A DNA stretch of 61,120 bases, counting the filler, from Sphacelaria rigidula (taxonomy: Eukaryota): the NCBI GenBank assembly GCA_964200075.2. It is 9 parts of 9 records of this genome, joined end to end, with 100 filler letters (N's around TTAATTAATTAA, not from the genome) between each part and the next. Parts side by side here need not be neighbours in the genome. Positions count along the whole stretch, not along the records: positions 1 to 6,703 come from CAXNAA020018516.1; positions 6,804 to 13,506 come from CAXNAA020018517.1; 7 more parts are not named here. One strand, given 5' to 3'. Both the position numbers and the translations under genes were made by a program. Under the pieces are notes generated by a model. The model was not told where the DNA came from. It searched no databases and saw only the letters and a list, made by a program, of their open reading frames with translations. This document shows, piece by piece, positions 1 through 10,541 of this stretch (the first letter of the stretch is position 1; each line of letters begins with the position of its first letter).

Positions 1-1357
1 CGGGCAATCAGGCAGAAGAAATCGTGAATTTGATGATTTTGAGTCGTGATGATTTGTCCTAACCGTGAACCGTTAGTAGAGACTCTCGGCTGGTCTAGCT
101 CGTAGCTACCACGAGGACCGCGTAATGCTGTAGCTGTCAGCTCCAAGTTCGCGAATGTGGCTTCAAGAGCACACACAGTTTGCCCAGCATTGGGGGTGAT
201 CTGGTGAAGCATTCGCTCATTTTACCGTCGATTACCCGAGGCTGTGAGCATTTACAACGGGCATTTATAAATCAACTCTCACTCCATGTCTTCAGGCTGG
301 TCCGAGCAAGACGCCGCAAATTTGCGCGGTCAGCGTCCTCTCCACGCGGACAACAAGGGAAATCTAGAGGAACCGACCCATGCCAATGTATTCTAGCGAG
401 TAGGAAACAGGGTGGTGTGGCTTCTTTCTCAGTACCGAGGTGTAATTTGGCGCTAGGGACATGCGGACACGAGGGCCTCGAAAAATGTACAGCGTTCAGC
501 GCGATTGAAATCTCCCACAGACCAATTTCGCCGCTATTTTTGGGCAGTGTTTTCGTAGATGCGCCGCATGTATTTGGACTTGACGTGCACCGAGACCAGC
601 CGTGGTCAACCATCACAAATCCACAACAAGGGCGGAGCGCGTTTGGTAAAGCGCACAAACGTTGGGGAAAACATCCTGAGACGAAGTGAGAAGGGTTGAG
701 TTAGTTACATAATAGTCGAAAGGGTGACATTACCTTGCCGCACACTCGTATCCATGCACTACAATTTCGGAACATTTTCCCGTTCGCTCCATTTCTCACG
801 CCGTTTGTAATGGCAACAGAAGCATATTTTACACATGCATGACTAAAAACTGAAGCCCCAAGGTTGCTGGTGAATGTGCTATATTGCGTCTGACTGGGCT
901 TCACCGATTTCTCGGGGTCTCAGACTGTTATATACCTCACGCTCTCGGAACACTTCAATTTCACGTTTGCTCTATTTCTCAGGCCATTCTCAAAAGTGAG
1001 GAGACCATTTTCGCACGTGCTCCGAGTGAAAACCCGAAGATGCCAATTTTCATGTATTATTTCCTCCACTCGGTTTCATCGGTTTTCCGGGGTCTCGGAC
1101 TACTGTGTGCCCCCACAATCTCGGAAAAAATTGACGTTAGCTCCATTTTTCACGCTGGTTCCCGTAGTTGGGGGACGGGATTTCGCACACTCGTTCCTGT
1201 AGGAAAGTCCAAGGTCACCGGTGTTTGACTGTTCAAAGGTTCAGTCGGATTAACCCATTTTTTCGGGTGACGGGCGGTCGACGGTATCTGGGCACTCCAA
1301 GATATCGAAACAATTCACGTTTCCCTTACTTATCGCGCCGTATCCAAGAGTTAGGAT

Positions 1358-1560
1358 ATGAAATTTCACACCCGTGTTCCTGAAGCGAAGCCCCACGTCG
1401 TCAGCTGATAATACTTTCGAATCTGCCACGGCTTAAACGGTATTGGGAGGAAGCCGTTTCGGCCGAGGGCTCTAAGAAGCAGATGAGACCTCCCGAAGTT
1501 CAAAAGTACCAGCAACTGACGACCTCGGGCTGTCCTTCGGGAACACTAGTAACATTTCAT
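1358..1560. repeat. Degenerate inverted repeat (fold-back), probably part of a non-autonomous DNA transposon
   Basis: 1358-1410 ATGAAATTTCACACCCGTGTTCCTGAAGCGAAGCCCCACGTCGTCAGCTG resembles the reverse complement of 1511-1560, ATGAAATGTTACTAGTGTTCCCGAAGGACAGCCCGAGGTCGTCAGTTG. Confidence 0.6.
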
Positions 1561-2600
1561 TTCCCACCTCCAAAAAAAGACGACGTTAGAAATGGTTCCC
1601 GGTTACATTTGGCATTTCATCTGGGGATGCTTTACCGACATCTGAGATGAGAGTCTATAATAGCAAAGAAAAAATTAAAAAAGCACCCACAAAATATGAG
1701 ACGGACACAAGTTACCAAACAACCAAGGAGAAGTAGATCAAAACAGCAGAGCAATCTTTTGTGCCGTGTCGTGAAGTGATCTCATACCGAGCGAACAAAA
1801 CACACGGCACAGCACCGCCCCCGTGATCGGCGTCACGGTCAACCAGTAAGGAGTGATTCTTTGGTAGGGTTGAACATTTTTTTTCTGAGGCTCTGCACCC
1901 CCGGGGCGTCTGTATCACAAACATCTGGGCCTTAGTGTGCAGCCTCAGAACACTTTCAAAGCGCACCCCTACCGTATAATTCCTCCACCCCTACCATAGA
2001 GTCCCTCTAAGAACGAAACGCCGTAAAAAATCCTGGAACCATCTACAAAACAGATTGAACCTGAGAGGGATAGAGTACGCTCGAAACGTCACACCACAAT
2101 CGGTCAGGTTATAAACAATATAAACAGAAAAAGGGAAAATAAACATCAATTGACCATGGCAATAGAAAGGACGTGAAAAAAAAAAATGTTGATTACAAAT
2201 GAAGCGAAGGTCACATGTACGTACCGATGCAAGCTCCCGGAATGTGTCTCCGAATCCATACTCCGGCCCATCCGGTATTGCCGCCGTTGCTTGAGCCGCC
2301 GATTCCTTCATCTGTGCCATCGGATCATGACCATAAATTATGGATATTTCATCATTGCGTCATGACCACACGTCGGAAAGTTCATGTGCTACCCAAAATG
2401 ACCAATCGAACACGACTCTCAGACCCGTTGTCCAAGATCATACAATACGTGACAGCGGGGTCAGAGACGCCAAAGCGCTGACTTTGCGCCACTCCACGTG
2501 CTCGGCGTTCAAAGGTTATGACATACATACATAGGTAGTGCACTCGCTGGGATATTTGTCATCATTTGTGATACACGGACGGTGCAGTTGGGATTGTTTT

Positions 2601-2790
2601 ATATATATTTTAGTATGAGATACGATCGGAACAGAAACAAGTGCACTACCTATGTATATATCTTGTATATACAACCTTCGCACCATCTGTGGGTCACAGA
2701 CGATTTATTTTTCATATTTTTCATATATATTTTAGTATGGGACAGTCGGAACAGAAACAAGCGCACTATCTATGTATATATGTCATAACC
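2601..2790 (+). repeat. Local direct duplication (~70-bp core, ~120-bp period)
   Basis: ATATATTTTAGTATG...TCGGAACAGAAACAAG(T/C)GCACTA(C/T)CTATGTATATAT occurs at ~2601 and ~2724. Confidence 0.85.
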
Positions 2791-3589
2791 TTTGTCGGCG
2801 TTCAACGCCGTAGGGAGCAAGTACGGAAAAAGGAGGTCAAATGAGCTAGCTTACGATCCAGATCAGTACACTAAGATGTAGTAATATGCAGGTAGCTCAG
2901 GAGCTGCACGACATGTGATCATGACCATCACAGCACCATTGGATCATGACAATCTTTGAGTGATGGCATAGTTTAACAATGAGAAAGAACATTGTGGAGT
3001 ATTCCAGGGTATCTTGAAGATCGATTGCCGAAAGAAATGAGTATAACTCCCGGGGTACCTGGGGGAGGGGGGTGGGGGGGGTTGAGGGGGAGTACGAACA
3101 CCCCAAAATACCCGGACTTGAATATTACCCTACGGTAGCTACCCTTGGTACTCTTTGCATGAAGGCGAATATGTGGCGCAAGAGGCAAGAGTACGTATAC
3201 TCATTGCAACCACATCCACATCACATACAAGTATACACAGACACACAGACACACATCCGCATGCAGGCACCGCTCACCTTGTCCTTACGGCTTCAGCTTT
3301 CCTCCACGTGAAATGCAATACACCCGTAACTGTAAGAAGTGCACCACCGCACGACTGACCAACACCCTCAAATATTGCAGTTGGTTCAAACAGACACCAC
3401 AGTTGACTCACGACACACACGCCTATCGTTTCAGACAGCTCTCACATTTCTGACAAGAACAAACCCCAACACACGCACACACACATTTACGCACCACAAT
3501 TAACTCCAAAATCCTAGTGCAGCACCACTCTCCTCCCCCCCCCCCCCCCCCCCCCCCTCTTTTTTTTTTTTCATAACACCTCGTAGACC

Positions 3590-3766
3590 TCCCCCCCCCC
3601 CCTCCAACTCTTCTATCTCCGCCATCAGTTCCTCCTCGGCAGGCTGCTGTCTCCGGCGGGTGAGAGGATTTAACCTCTGGATGAATCGGTTGAACCTGCT
3701 GATGTTGTTCATTACCTTCACCCAGTCGTACACGGAGTCCGGGTAGAATACTTTGGTGTGTGGGAA
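3590..3766 (-). CDS. Next exon of the same gene (FPHTKVFYPDSVYDWVKVMNNISRFNRFIQRLNPLTRRRQQPAEEELMAEIEELE...); 3' boundary uncertain in a G-run
   Basis: GAGCAG acceptor in phase 0 matches the upstream exon and gives the join ASSAK|FPHTK; coding-like composition. Confidence 0.7.
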
Positions 3767-4592
3767 CTGCTCCGGCGGACAAGAAGCACACAGCAGCCGA
3801 TGTATATGAACACATAAAAGAGAGAAGTACAAAGAAAAATATTACAAAGTGAAACAGCGCACGATCATATCTCATGGCAAGTGGCAATCGCCAACAGACG
3901 CACATGCACACATCCAATCGCCATAGACGCTTCTGGGGACACGACATACAAAGCTAGAGCCCCACAGGCGGTCGGAACACACGAAAATCGGGAGATATAC
4001 AGAGAAATTTTGACCAAGAACAGTGATCTTTGAAACTTTGCTCAGTACCTCTGTACGTAAGAGTCAGACGTCGTTAACGTCCTGCGGCGTCATGCTACAT
4101 ATTCCTTTTTTCATTTTCCCACGGAAATGAAGTTCTCGGAGAAGATCAAAATAGTGGTTGACTTTCAACAATATGTAATTGTCGACTTCAAACGTGTTAA
4201 TTTTTTTTTGTTTCAAGTTTATTTCTCTGGGGCAATCGGAGGCAGGTAGCGAGCTACCGTCATCACGACGGCGGATGTTGTGTACGGGACCGGGGTTACG
4301 TAACTCCAGGTACTCAGGAAAGCGTCCTCCACACAACTGTGAGTTAGTGGGTTTACTCGAAAAGGGCAACAGACAGGACACGTGAAGTTTCTGAAACTCA
4401 TGCGTATCAACAACTGGACATGATCCTGGTCACACATACACACACACACGCACACACACACACACCTGAGTGCTGTTGCGGATTGGCAAGAAAAAAAAAA
4501 TGTGGTACATGTTTCAAGCTTGTCATTTTTCAACAGACGTGACAGTTACGTTGGGAAGGGGGGGGGGGGGATACGCCCACTCTCTCCCTCAC

Positions 4593-4739
4593 CTTCGCGC
4601 TGGAGGCGTGCACCGTCGGTGGCTTTCGGAAGAGGCCTGTGATGGGGTCGTGATCGTGGAACGTTTCGCTCCCGTAGTAATAGTACTCAGGATAGTGCGT
4701 TACCCCAATCTCTTGACAGAATAGGCTTGACGCGATATC
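4593..4739 (-). CDS. Internal exon of a thioredoxin-like protein (DIASSLFCQEIGVTHYPEYYYYGSETFHDHDPITGLFRKPPTVHASSAK)
   Basis: TACAG acceptor and AAG|GTGAG donor; 147 bp, phase 0/0. C-x2-IGV-x2-YP resembles the cis-Pro region of thioredoxin folds. Confidence 0.75.
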
Positions 4740-4865
4740 CTGTATACACACATACACACATACGCACAATAACAAATGGCCGGTTTGTGAAGTATCGAAA
4801 GTCAATTTGGAGGTATCTCCCTGTCGGGTGATCATTTGCATTTCGAGTGTTTATCGTAAGTTGCT

Positions 4866-5716
4866 CAGTGATCACACAGGGCGTGAATTTCACACAGGGG
4901 TCGTGATAACGCACCCCTGTGCGATCTCAAGGATGAAATGTGTCTCAGCCACCTTCTGGGCGTGAGGAGCCGTGCGCGGGGATGGGTCTTGGAGGCGGAC
5001 AGCTCAAGTTGCCACGATTTTCTTCATCCCACTGGTTGTCATGCAGCTTGTCTGGAGCACGCACTGCGGTGTGGCAGTGCAGACACAAAAAACATACGGA
5101 GTGATTTTCTTTTTCAATTTACTTTACTCCAGTTCTCGTCGTGCACCTTGGATGAAACCATCAAAGCCGGAACCTTTCGCCAAACGCCAACACCGACGGA
5201 GAGAACGAAGCCCGAAAGCAAACGCTTTCTGGCACCGAACGATATTTCTTGCAATCAACCTCGTCTCTCTCTTCGACATTTCGTGTAACGGTATACCGGT
5301 ACCACGACAACTACCGTAGGCTCGTGCGGTGTACTTGAAGCTGTCGTGCTATGGCTGTGTGCCCGTGTGTACTTCCTTTGTTTCAGGCATCTTTAGACCT
5401 TGTTCCTAGGGCAGTACAGTTGCAGATTGTTCCTTTACACCGGCGAAGATTTACTCAGTATCGCACATGGCGGGGTTATCGCACAGGGTGTGCGTTCAAA
5501 GATCCTGGTGTCATCGAAATTATTTACTCAATATCGCGCATGTCGTTGAGATGGCACAGGGGTGTGCGATGGAAAAGCAGTACCAAATGATTTAATTCGA
5601 TTTTCGCACAGAGGGCGCGGTGTTCGCACAGGGGTCGTGCGAACTCACCCCTGTGCGAAAAAAAATAAGTTCGAAAACATTTAAAAAATCGATCGCACCC
5701 CTGTCCGATCACACAG
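4866..5716. repeat. Cluster of direct and inverted (CG)CACAGGG(G) motifs, likely a non-autonomous DNA transposon in the intron
   Basis: About ten CACAGGG/CCCTGTG copies at 4866-4930 and 5460-5716. ACCCCTGTGCGATCTCAAGGA (~4913) pairs with TCGTTGAGATGGCACAGGGGT (~5543). Confidence 0.6.
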
Positions 5717-5811
5717 AAACTTACGGTACCTGTGCGGTCTTTCTTGCCAGTGGATTGAGTAACGCCGCGATAACTCCCTGCTCAAAAAGACACCCATCAC
5801 AATGCAATATC

Positions 5812-6008
5812 ATGAGTAAGCTTCGGGCGGAACAATCTTTGCAGGATGTAGCTCCCCCTTCATGGGCTCGCCGAACACACCACGGCGCTTCGCGTTTAGT
5901 GATTGATTGCGAACCTGGTCCGGCGAACACCCGGCGTGCTCCGTCCCGGCTTTGTAGGGATGCGAGTTCAATCGTCTGATGACTATGGCATGCAAGATCA
6001 TGAGTACA
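5812..6008 (+). mobile_element. Family B non-autonomous retroposon, 3' part (other pieces: 6316-6364 +, 6465-6703 +, 20418-20745 -, 22739-22834 -, 27043-27108 -, 43066-43162 +)
   Basis: Shared CCTGGTCCGGCGAAAACCCGGCGTGCTCCGTCCCGGCTTT(G/C)TAGGGATGCGAGGTCAAT...GCATGCAAGATCATGAGTACA. The copy at 20418-20745 links the 6465-6703 and 5812-5920 parts into one element. Confidence 0.8.
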
Positions 6009-6019
6009 CCCTCCCGCCA

Positions 6020-6297
6020 AAACAAACATGCGGGAAGTAAACGAAGGTGACATGAAATCGTTGATGCATTACCCAGCAGGGAGAAAGCGATGGCTATGCT
6101 GAGAGATAGATGATGGCTACGGACGGCGAAGCAGCACGGGGGTGAGATGTGTACAAGAGTTTTGTGTAATGTATAGAAGAAACGCAATGAGCGCCCAAAT
6201 GTTGGAGGTGTCTCTGTTGGGATTGGGAAGGGCGCTTCGTCTCGAAAGGGATGCGTGGTCAATGGTCTTGTGACTATGGCAAGCAACAAATGAGTAC
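6020..6297 (+). mobile_element. Family A LINE, 5'-truncated 3' fragment
   Basis: Colinear with the reverse complement of 19381-19680; ends GCAAGCAACAAATGAGTAC followed by a C-run. Confidence 0.85.
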
Positions 6298-6703
6298 CCC
6301 CCCCCTCCCCCCCCCTAGCCTGGTCCGGCGAGAACCCGGCGTGCTCCGTCCCGGCTTTCTAGGGGCGGACCACCGATGGGGTTGGCGTCGCTTGGCGATG
6401 GCGCTGTAAAACACGCCACTCACTGCGTAAGCTAGGCAACCAGGTCACCGGTTTGTTTTGCGCGCTTGCGTTTTTTTTCCCAGTAACCATGATGGTAGTC
6501 GAGCTATAGTAGATCATGTTGTGCGGCGTGGGAGAACCTCAACTCCGCACAATGGGGATGATCGTACTACGTAGTGTAAAAATGGTGAGACACTCAGGAG
6601 GCAGTGCATAAGCCGTCGCTGTCTCTGGAAGTGGCGATACCACAGAATAAAGCAACTCATTGTACGCTGTCATCCAAATCCAAGATAATCAGCAGGCTCC
6701 GGG

Positions 6704-6803
6704 NNNNNNNNNNNNNNNNNNNNNNNNNNNNNNNNNNNNNNNNNNNNTTAATTAATTAANNNNNNNNNNNNNNNNNNNNNNNNNNNNNNNNNNNNNNNNN
6801 NNN
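6704..6803. other. Artificial scaffold spacer (also 13507-13606, 20309-20408, 27111-27210, 33913-34012, 40715-40814, 47517-47616, 54319-54418)
   Basis: Identical 44N-TTAATTAATTAA-44N blocks every ~6.8 kb, with stops in all frames and unrelated flanks. Confidence 0.99.
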
Positions 6804-6861
6804 ATTTGTTGCTTGCCTTAGTCGTTTGACCATTGACCACGCATCCCTTTCGAGACGGAGC
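6804..6861 (-). mobile_element. Family A LINE short 3' ends (also 14215-14283, 16866-16932, 33860-33912, 49831-49890, 60260-60374; all minus)
   Basis: Near-identical GTACTCATTTGTTGCTTGCCTTAGTCGTTTGACCATTGACCACGCATCCCTTTCGAGACGGAGCAC. Confidence 0.9.
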
Positions 6862-8355
6862 AGGGGGGGGGGGGTATTTGCGTACTGTCGTCACGATCCC
6901 ATCCCACACAAAACAGGTGGAGTCACGAAACACAGGAATTCACAGAGAAGGGGGACACACACATGAAACCACAGGTGTGCATAAAGTGAGCATATTGTGG
7001 AACGATGCGCAAGAATCGTTTTTATCGAGGGGACCCGTTGGAAACAGGCATGTATCAACCAACAACAGAAGGAAAAAAAAAAAACGGCGTGCGGAGCGCT
7101 CCGGCGTCACCGAAATCCACGAGGCATCATGACATCAAACAGCCGTGCTAAAGCACTATAGCTGTCATGTATACGGTTCGGCAATCATATTGCATATCGG
7201 CATCCACCAGGGTATGGACTAAAGTATCTCCGTGCAGACCTTGATCGCATGAGATTTGTCAGAGCTGTGGGACGGGTCACGGGTTATGCGTCACGACGGG
7301 ACGGAACGGATAATCCCACCCGATCCCGTCCCGTCTCATCCTGTCGCTATTTCTACTGTAGGCAGCGTCAAAAGCACCACCCATCCCTTCCCTCACCCCT
7401 GTCTTCGTTTTCCCCGTTCCTGTCCTGACGGGTACTCGCGGGAAACGATGAAAAGCTTGACGTGCATCGTGGACCTTTGCGAGAGGAAATACATATTCAA
7501 GTGCACCTTCGATCCTTTGCAAGATGTGAGACATTCACACAAAAATCAACGTGTCGTCTGTTGATCATGCGTAATTTCCCTCATCAGTTTGGGGTGTTTG
7601 ATACTGTTCCAAGATTGCAGGAAAAGGTAAAGGAAATGGAGAGCCATGAATCTGTCTTTGGGTGCAGGATTGAGGGATGATCGTCTTGGTTAGGGGACAA
7701 GCAGATCGACAGCTAAGCCCGTCGTGTTGCTTCCCGATTTTGGGTTAGGGTGTGTTTTCTCCCCAATTATGCCGCTGAACTTGACTTGATTGATTTTTAT
7801 TTGACTGTCGCACTTGAACTGACCCCCCAGGGGTCCAGCCGTGGTCTCGTGATAGACGTACCCAACAAAAATAAACTGAACCAATCGCTGAAGAAGAGGA
7901 GACACAGAAAAAAGAAAAGAACGAAAAACAAAAGTCGAACAGAACGACATAGTAGACTAAGACGTACTTCGAAGTAACAAAAAAAGGATAATAAAAAAAA
8001 AGTCAACACAAGCAAAGCACAGAAAGAAATGGCCGACATAAAAAAAAAAGGAAAAGAAGAGGAAAGAAGAGAGGAATAAAATAGAAACAAAAAGCATTAT
8101 GAAAAAAAAAAGTCCAAGGAATTCAGAGCAGCAGATTAGATACAGATACACCCCAGTGGGCACCGCGGAGCCACCGACTAAGGACATAATCAACGACCGA
8201 TATGAGCAGACAGGATTCTTCGATTGGCAGCCCTCAACGCAGCAGCCTCTCGCTTGTGACGGCGGCCTGATTCTCCCTTGTCCTCAAACTCTTCGGCTCC
8301 CTATTCGACAACTACATGCCATTTGCCCATGTTCTTCGTCGCAGTGACCCAATCG

Positions 8356-8739
8356 TGTTGTCGTCCCATTTATTCTGGGCGCCAGTCTACCCCTTTCGGG
8401 ATATATAGGCACATCAACCGGGGTCTCACAGGAGGAAGGTCAACACAGGAGCTTTTTTCTTTCTCTTTTTGTTCAGTGTACCCCGCCTTCCTTCTGCGGT
8501 GCTTGCCTTATATTTTTTATCGCGAGAGCGGTTCAGCAGTCCCTTTCCCTCGTCGACCGTGAAGTCGCATTTTGTGTACCCACGACGTAGNNNNNNNNNN
8601 ATCTTGTGAACCCGCGACGTAGTCACGCTCCACTGCTGGGCAAAGTGTAAAAAAAAATCCCAGATAGCTCCAGGAATTGAACCCCACAACTCAAACATCA
8701 GAAGGTTACGAGATTACCAACTGAGCCACCGGGGCGACC
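8356..8739 (-). mobile_element. tRNA-derived SINE family 1 (other copies: 34013-34085 -, 40277-40465 +, 46994-47353 -, 48043-48400 +, 49343-49420 + head only, 52473-52826 +, 33253-33310 + tail only)
   Basis: Head GGTCGCCCCGGTGGCTCAGTTGG (A box) with a GTTCRA(A/T)TC B box. Shared body CAGTGGAGAGCGAC...GTCGACGAGGGAAAGG...GTGTAGACTGG and end GCAACAC. Confidence 0.88.
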
Positions 8740-8955
8740 GGCCCCATGCATCGTTAACCTCTACACCGTAGACGAACCACTCCCGTCGGGCTCCTGTGCG
8801 CGGGACAGCCCCTAGCGCACGTAGGTTCTCCTTTAGAGTATCCTCCCATCGCTTGGGGAGGGTGGCCGACCTCCTTGGGTCCTCATGTGGAAAGCCGACG
8901 ATCCATGACACGCTTGGGAAGGCGTGTGTAATTCTGCCGAAAAAGGGCTGCCGCG

Positions 8956-10541
8956 TGTTGAGGTGAACAGCCTTTTTAGTGTAGTCTACAGTACTGATCA
9001 GCCACAGTACAGAGGTATCCGTCTTCACGGGTTGTGACAGTTACATGCGGTGGGATTTGATACCAAAGTAGGCGTACGTCTTGCACCTACGTACGCAATG
9101 TTTGCTTGTCACGGTGTTGGGGTAGCCACACCCAGTCACTTCGTTCTCTTCCTTATTTTCCTTCCTTGACTTGCTTAGTCAAGCTACTACGTTTCTACAA
9201 CAACATGATCGGCTCAGCAGTGTCCTTTGATCGACTTCATCAGTCGTGTCAAGCTGTCCCTGTTTACAGATCACGTATCAAGGAACATTGTAGAGTCCAT
9301 TTGATTTGCCAACGGCGTGTGGTCCAAACATTCGACCAAGATGGCAGCACCAAGGGACGCCGTCATACCCAGACTGCTTAAAAGCAAAAATGAGGGAGGG
9401 AGGCAAGATGTGATTTCATGTTGTGCTTTTGACTGCGCGTGTTGAAAGCAGTTGAGCAAAACTTTCGCTCTGCCGGTTGGCTGTTCGCTAAGCAGAATTT
9501 TTGGTTGATTGACAGTATGTGCCGAGAATTATTGCTACGCCGGATCGCGATGTAAGAGTTGCATACTGTAGTCTTTCCAGTCTTTCCTGTTTTTTTGCTT
9601 AGAAGATTGATGTCTCGAAGATTTGAAAACAGGACATGTGCACCTGATGATGCGCACGCTGTACTTCGAAAGATGAGCGTGAGGGTTTCTCTGTTTTTTT
9701 TTTTTTGGAAGATTGGTATCTCGGAGTTTGAAAAATAGGGCATGTGCACTTGATGATGCGCACGCTGTACTGCAAGATATGCGTGAGGGTCTTGATTTTG
9801 TACTATGCTGCAGGTTTGGATACATGTCTGAACCGATACTCAGTGTGCACTGTATTGCTTGCACCATGGGTAAGCGCAGAACATGAGAGTTTGTTCGCAA
9901 ATTTCCAAGTATAGATATCATTACTATTCTAGTTCCGAGAGAGCTTGGTTTTGGATCTTGGAACGGTGATCGGGATCTTTGAGCTCAAGAATTTGAATGA
10001 GGTAGAGATAGCTTTGAAGTACTGTAACTTTTCGAAAAAAGGTGCGCACATATGATTCTGGTATGTACTGTCTATGGGGGGGCAGGTGCGATTTTTCTCC
10101 GATAGTACCTGTTCAGTGACGTGAGTGTTCTTGAGAGACATCCCTGCTCACAGGATGAATCGGTGTTTAGATTGGTTTCCCGTGAGCCTACTACTGAAGC
10201 GACTGCCCAAGGGGGGTGTTGAGGTGAACAGCCTTTTTTTGTGTAGTCTACAGTACTGATCAGCCACAGTACAGAGGTATCCGTCTTCACGGGTTGTGAC
10301 AGTTACATGCGGTGGGATTTGATACCATAGTAGGTCTTGTACCTACGTGCGCAATGTTTGCTTGTCACGGTGTTGGGGTAGCTACACCCAGTCACTTCGT
10401 TCTCTTCCTTCTTTGACTTGCTTAGTCAAGCTATTAAATACTACGTTTCTACAACAACATGATCGGCTCAGCCGTGTCCTTTGATCGACTTCATCAGTCG
10501 TGTCTAGCTGTCCCTGTTTACGGACCACGTATCAAGGAACA
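8956..10541 (+). mobile_element. Complete non-autonomous LTR retrotransposon (TRIM-like, 1,586 bp)
   Basis: LTRs at 8956-9287 and 10217-10541, both TG...CA. 5-bp TSD CCGCG at 8951-8955 and 10542-10546. PPT AAGGGGGG abuts the 3' LTR. No intact ORF; ~110-bp internal tandem duplication at ~9595-9795. Confidence 0.93.

Noticed and set aside
4064..4340. Extra exon after a CTAAC...CAG acceptor-like site
   Set aside because: The flanking exons already join in frame and the peptide has no recognisable similarity; an alternative exon cannot be excluded.
6704..6803. Regularly spaced TTAATTAATTAA motif and cross-segment gene neighbourhoods
   Set aside because: Artificial linker; the segments are independent scaffolds, so adjacency across spacers is meaningless.
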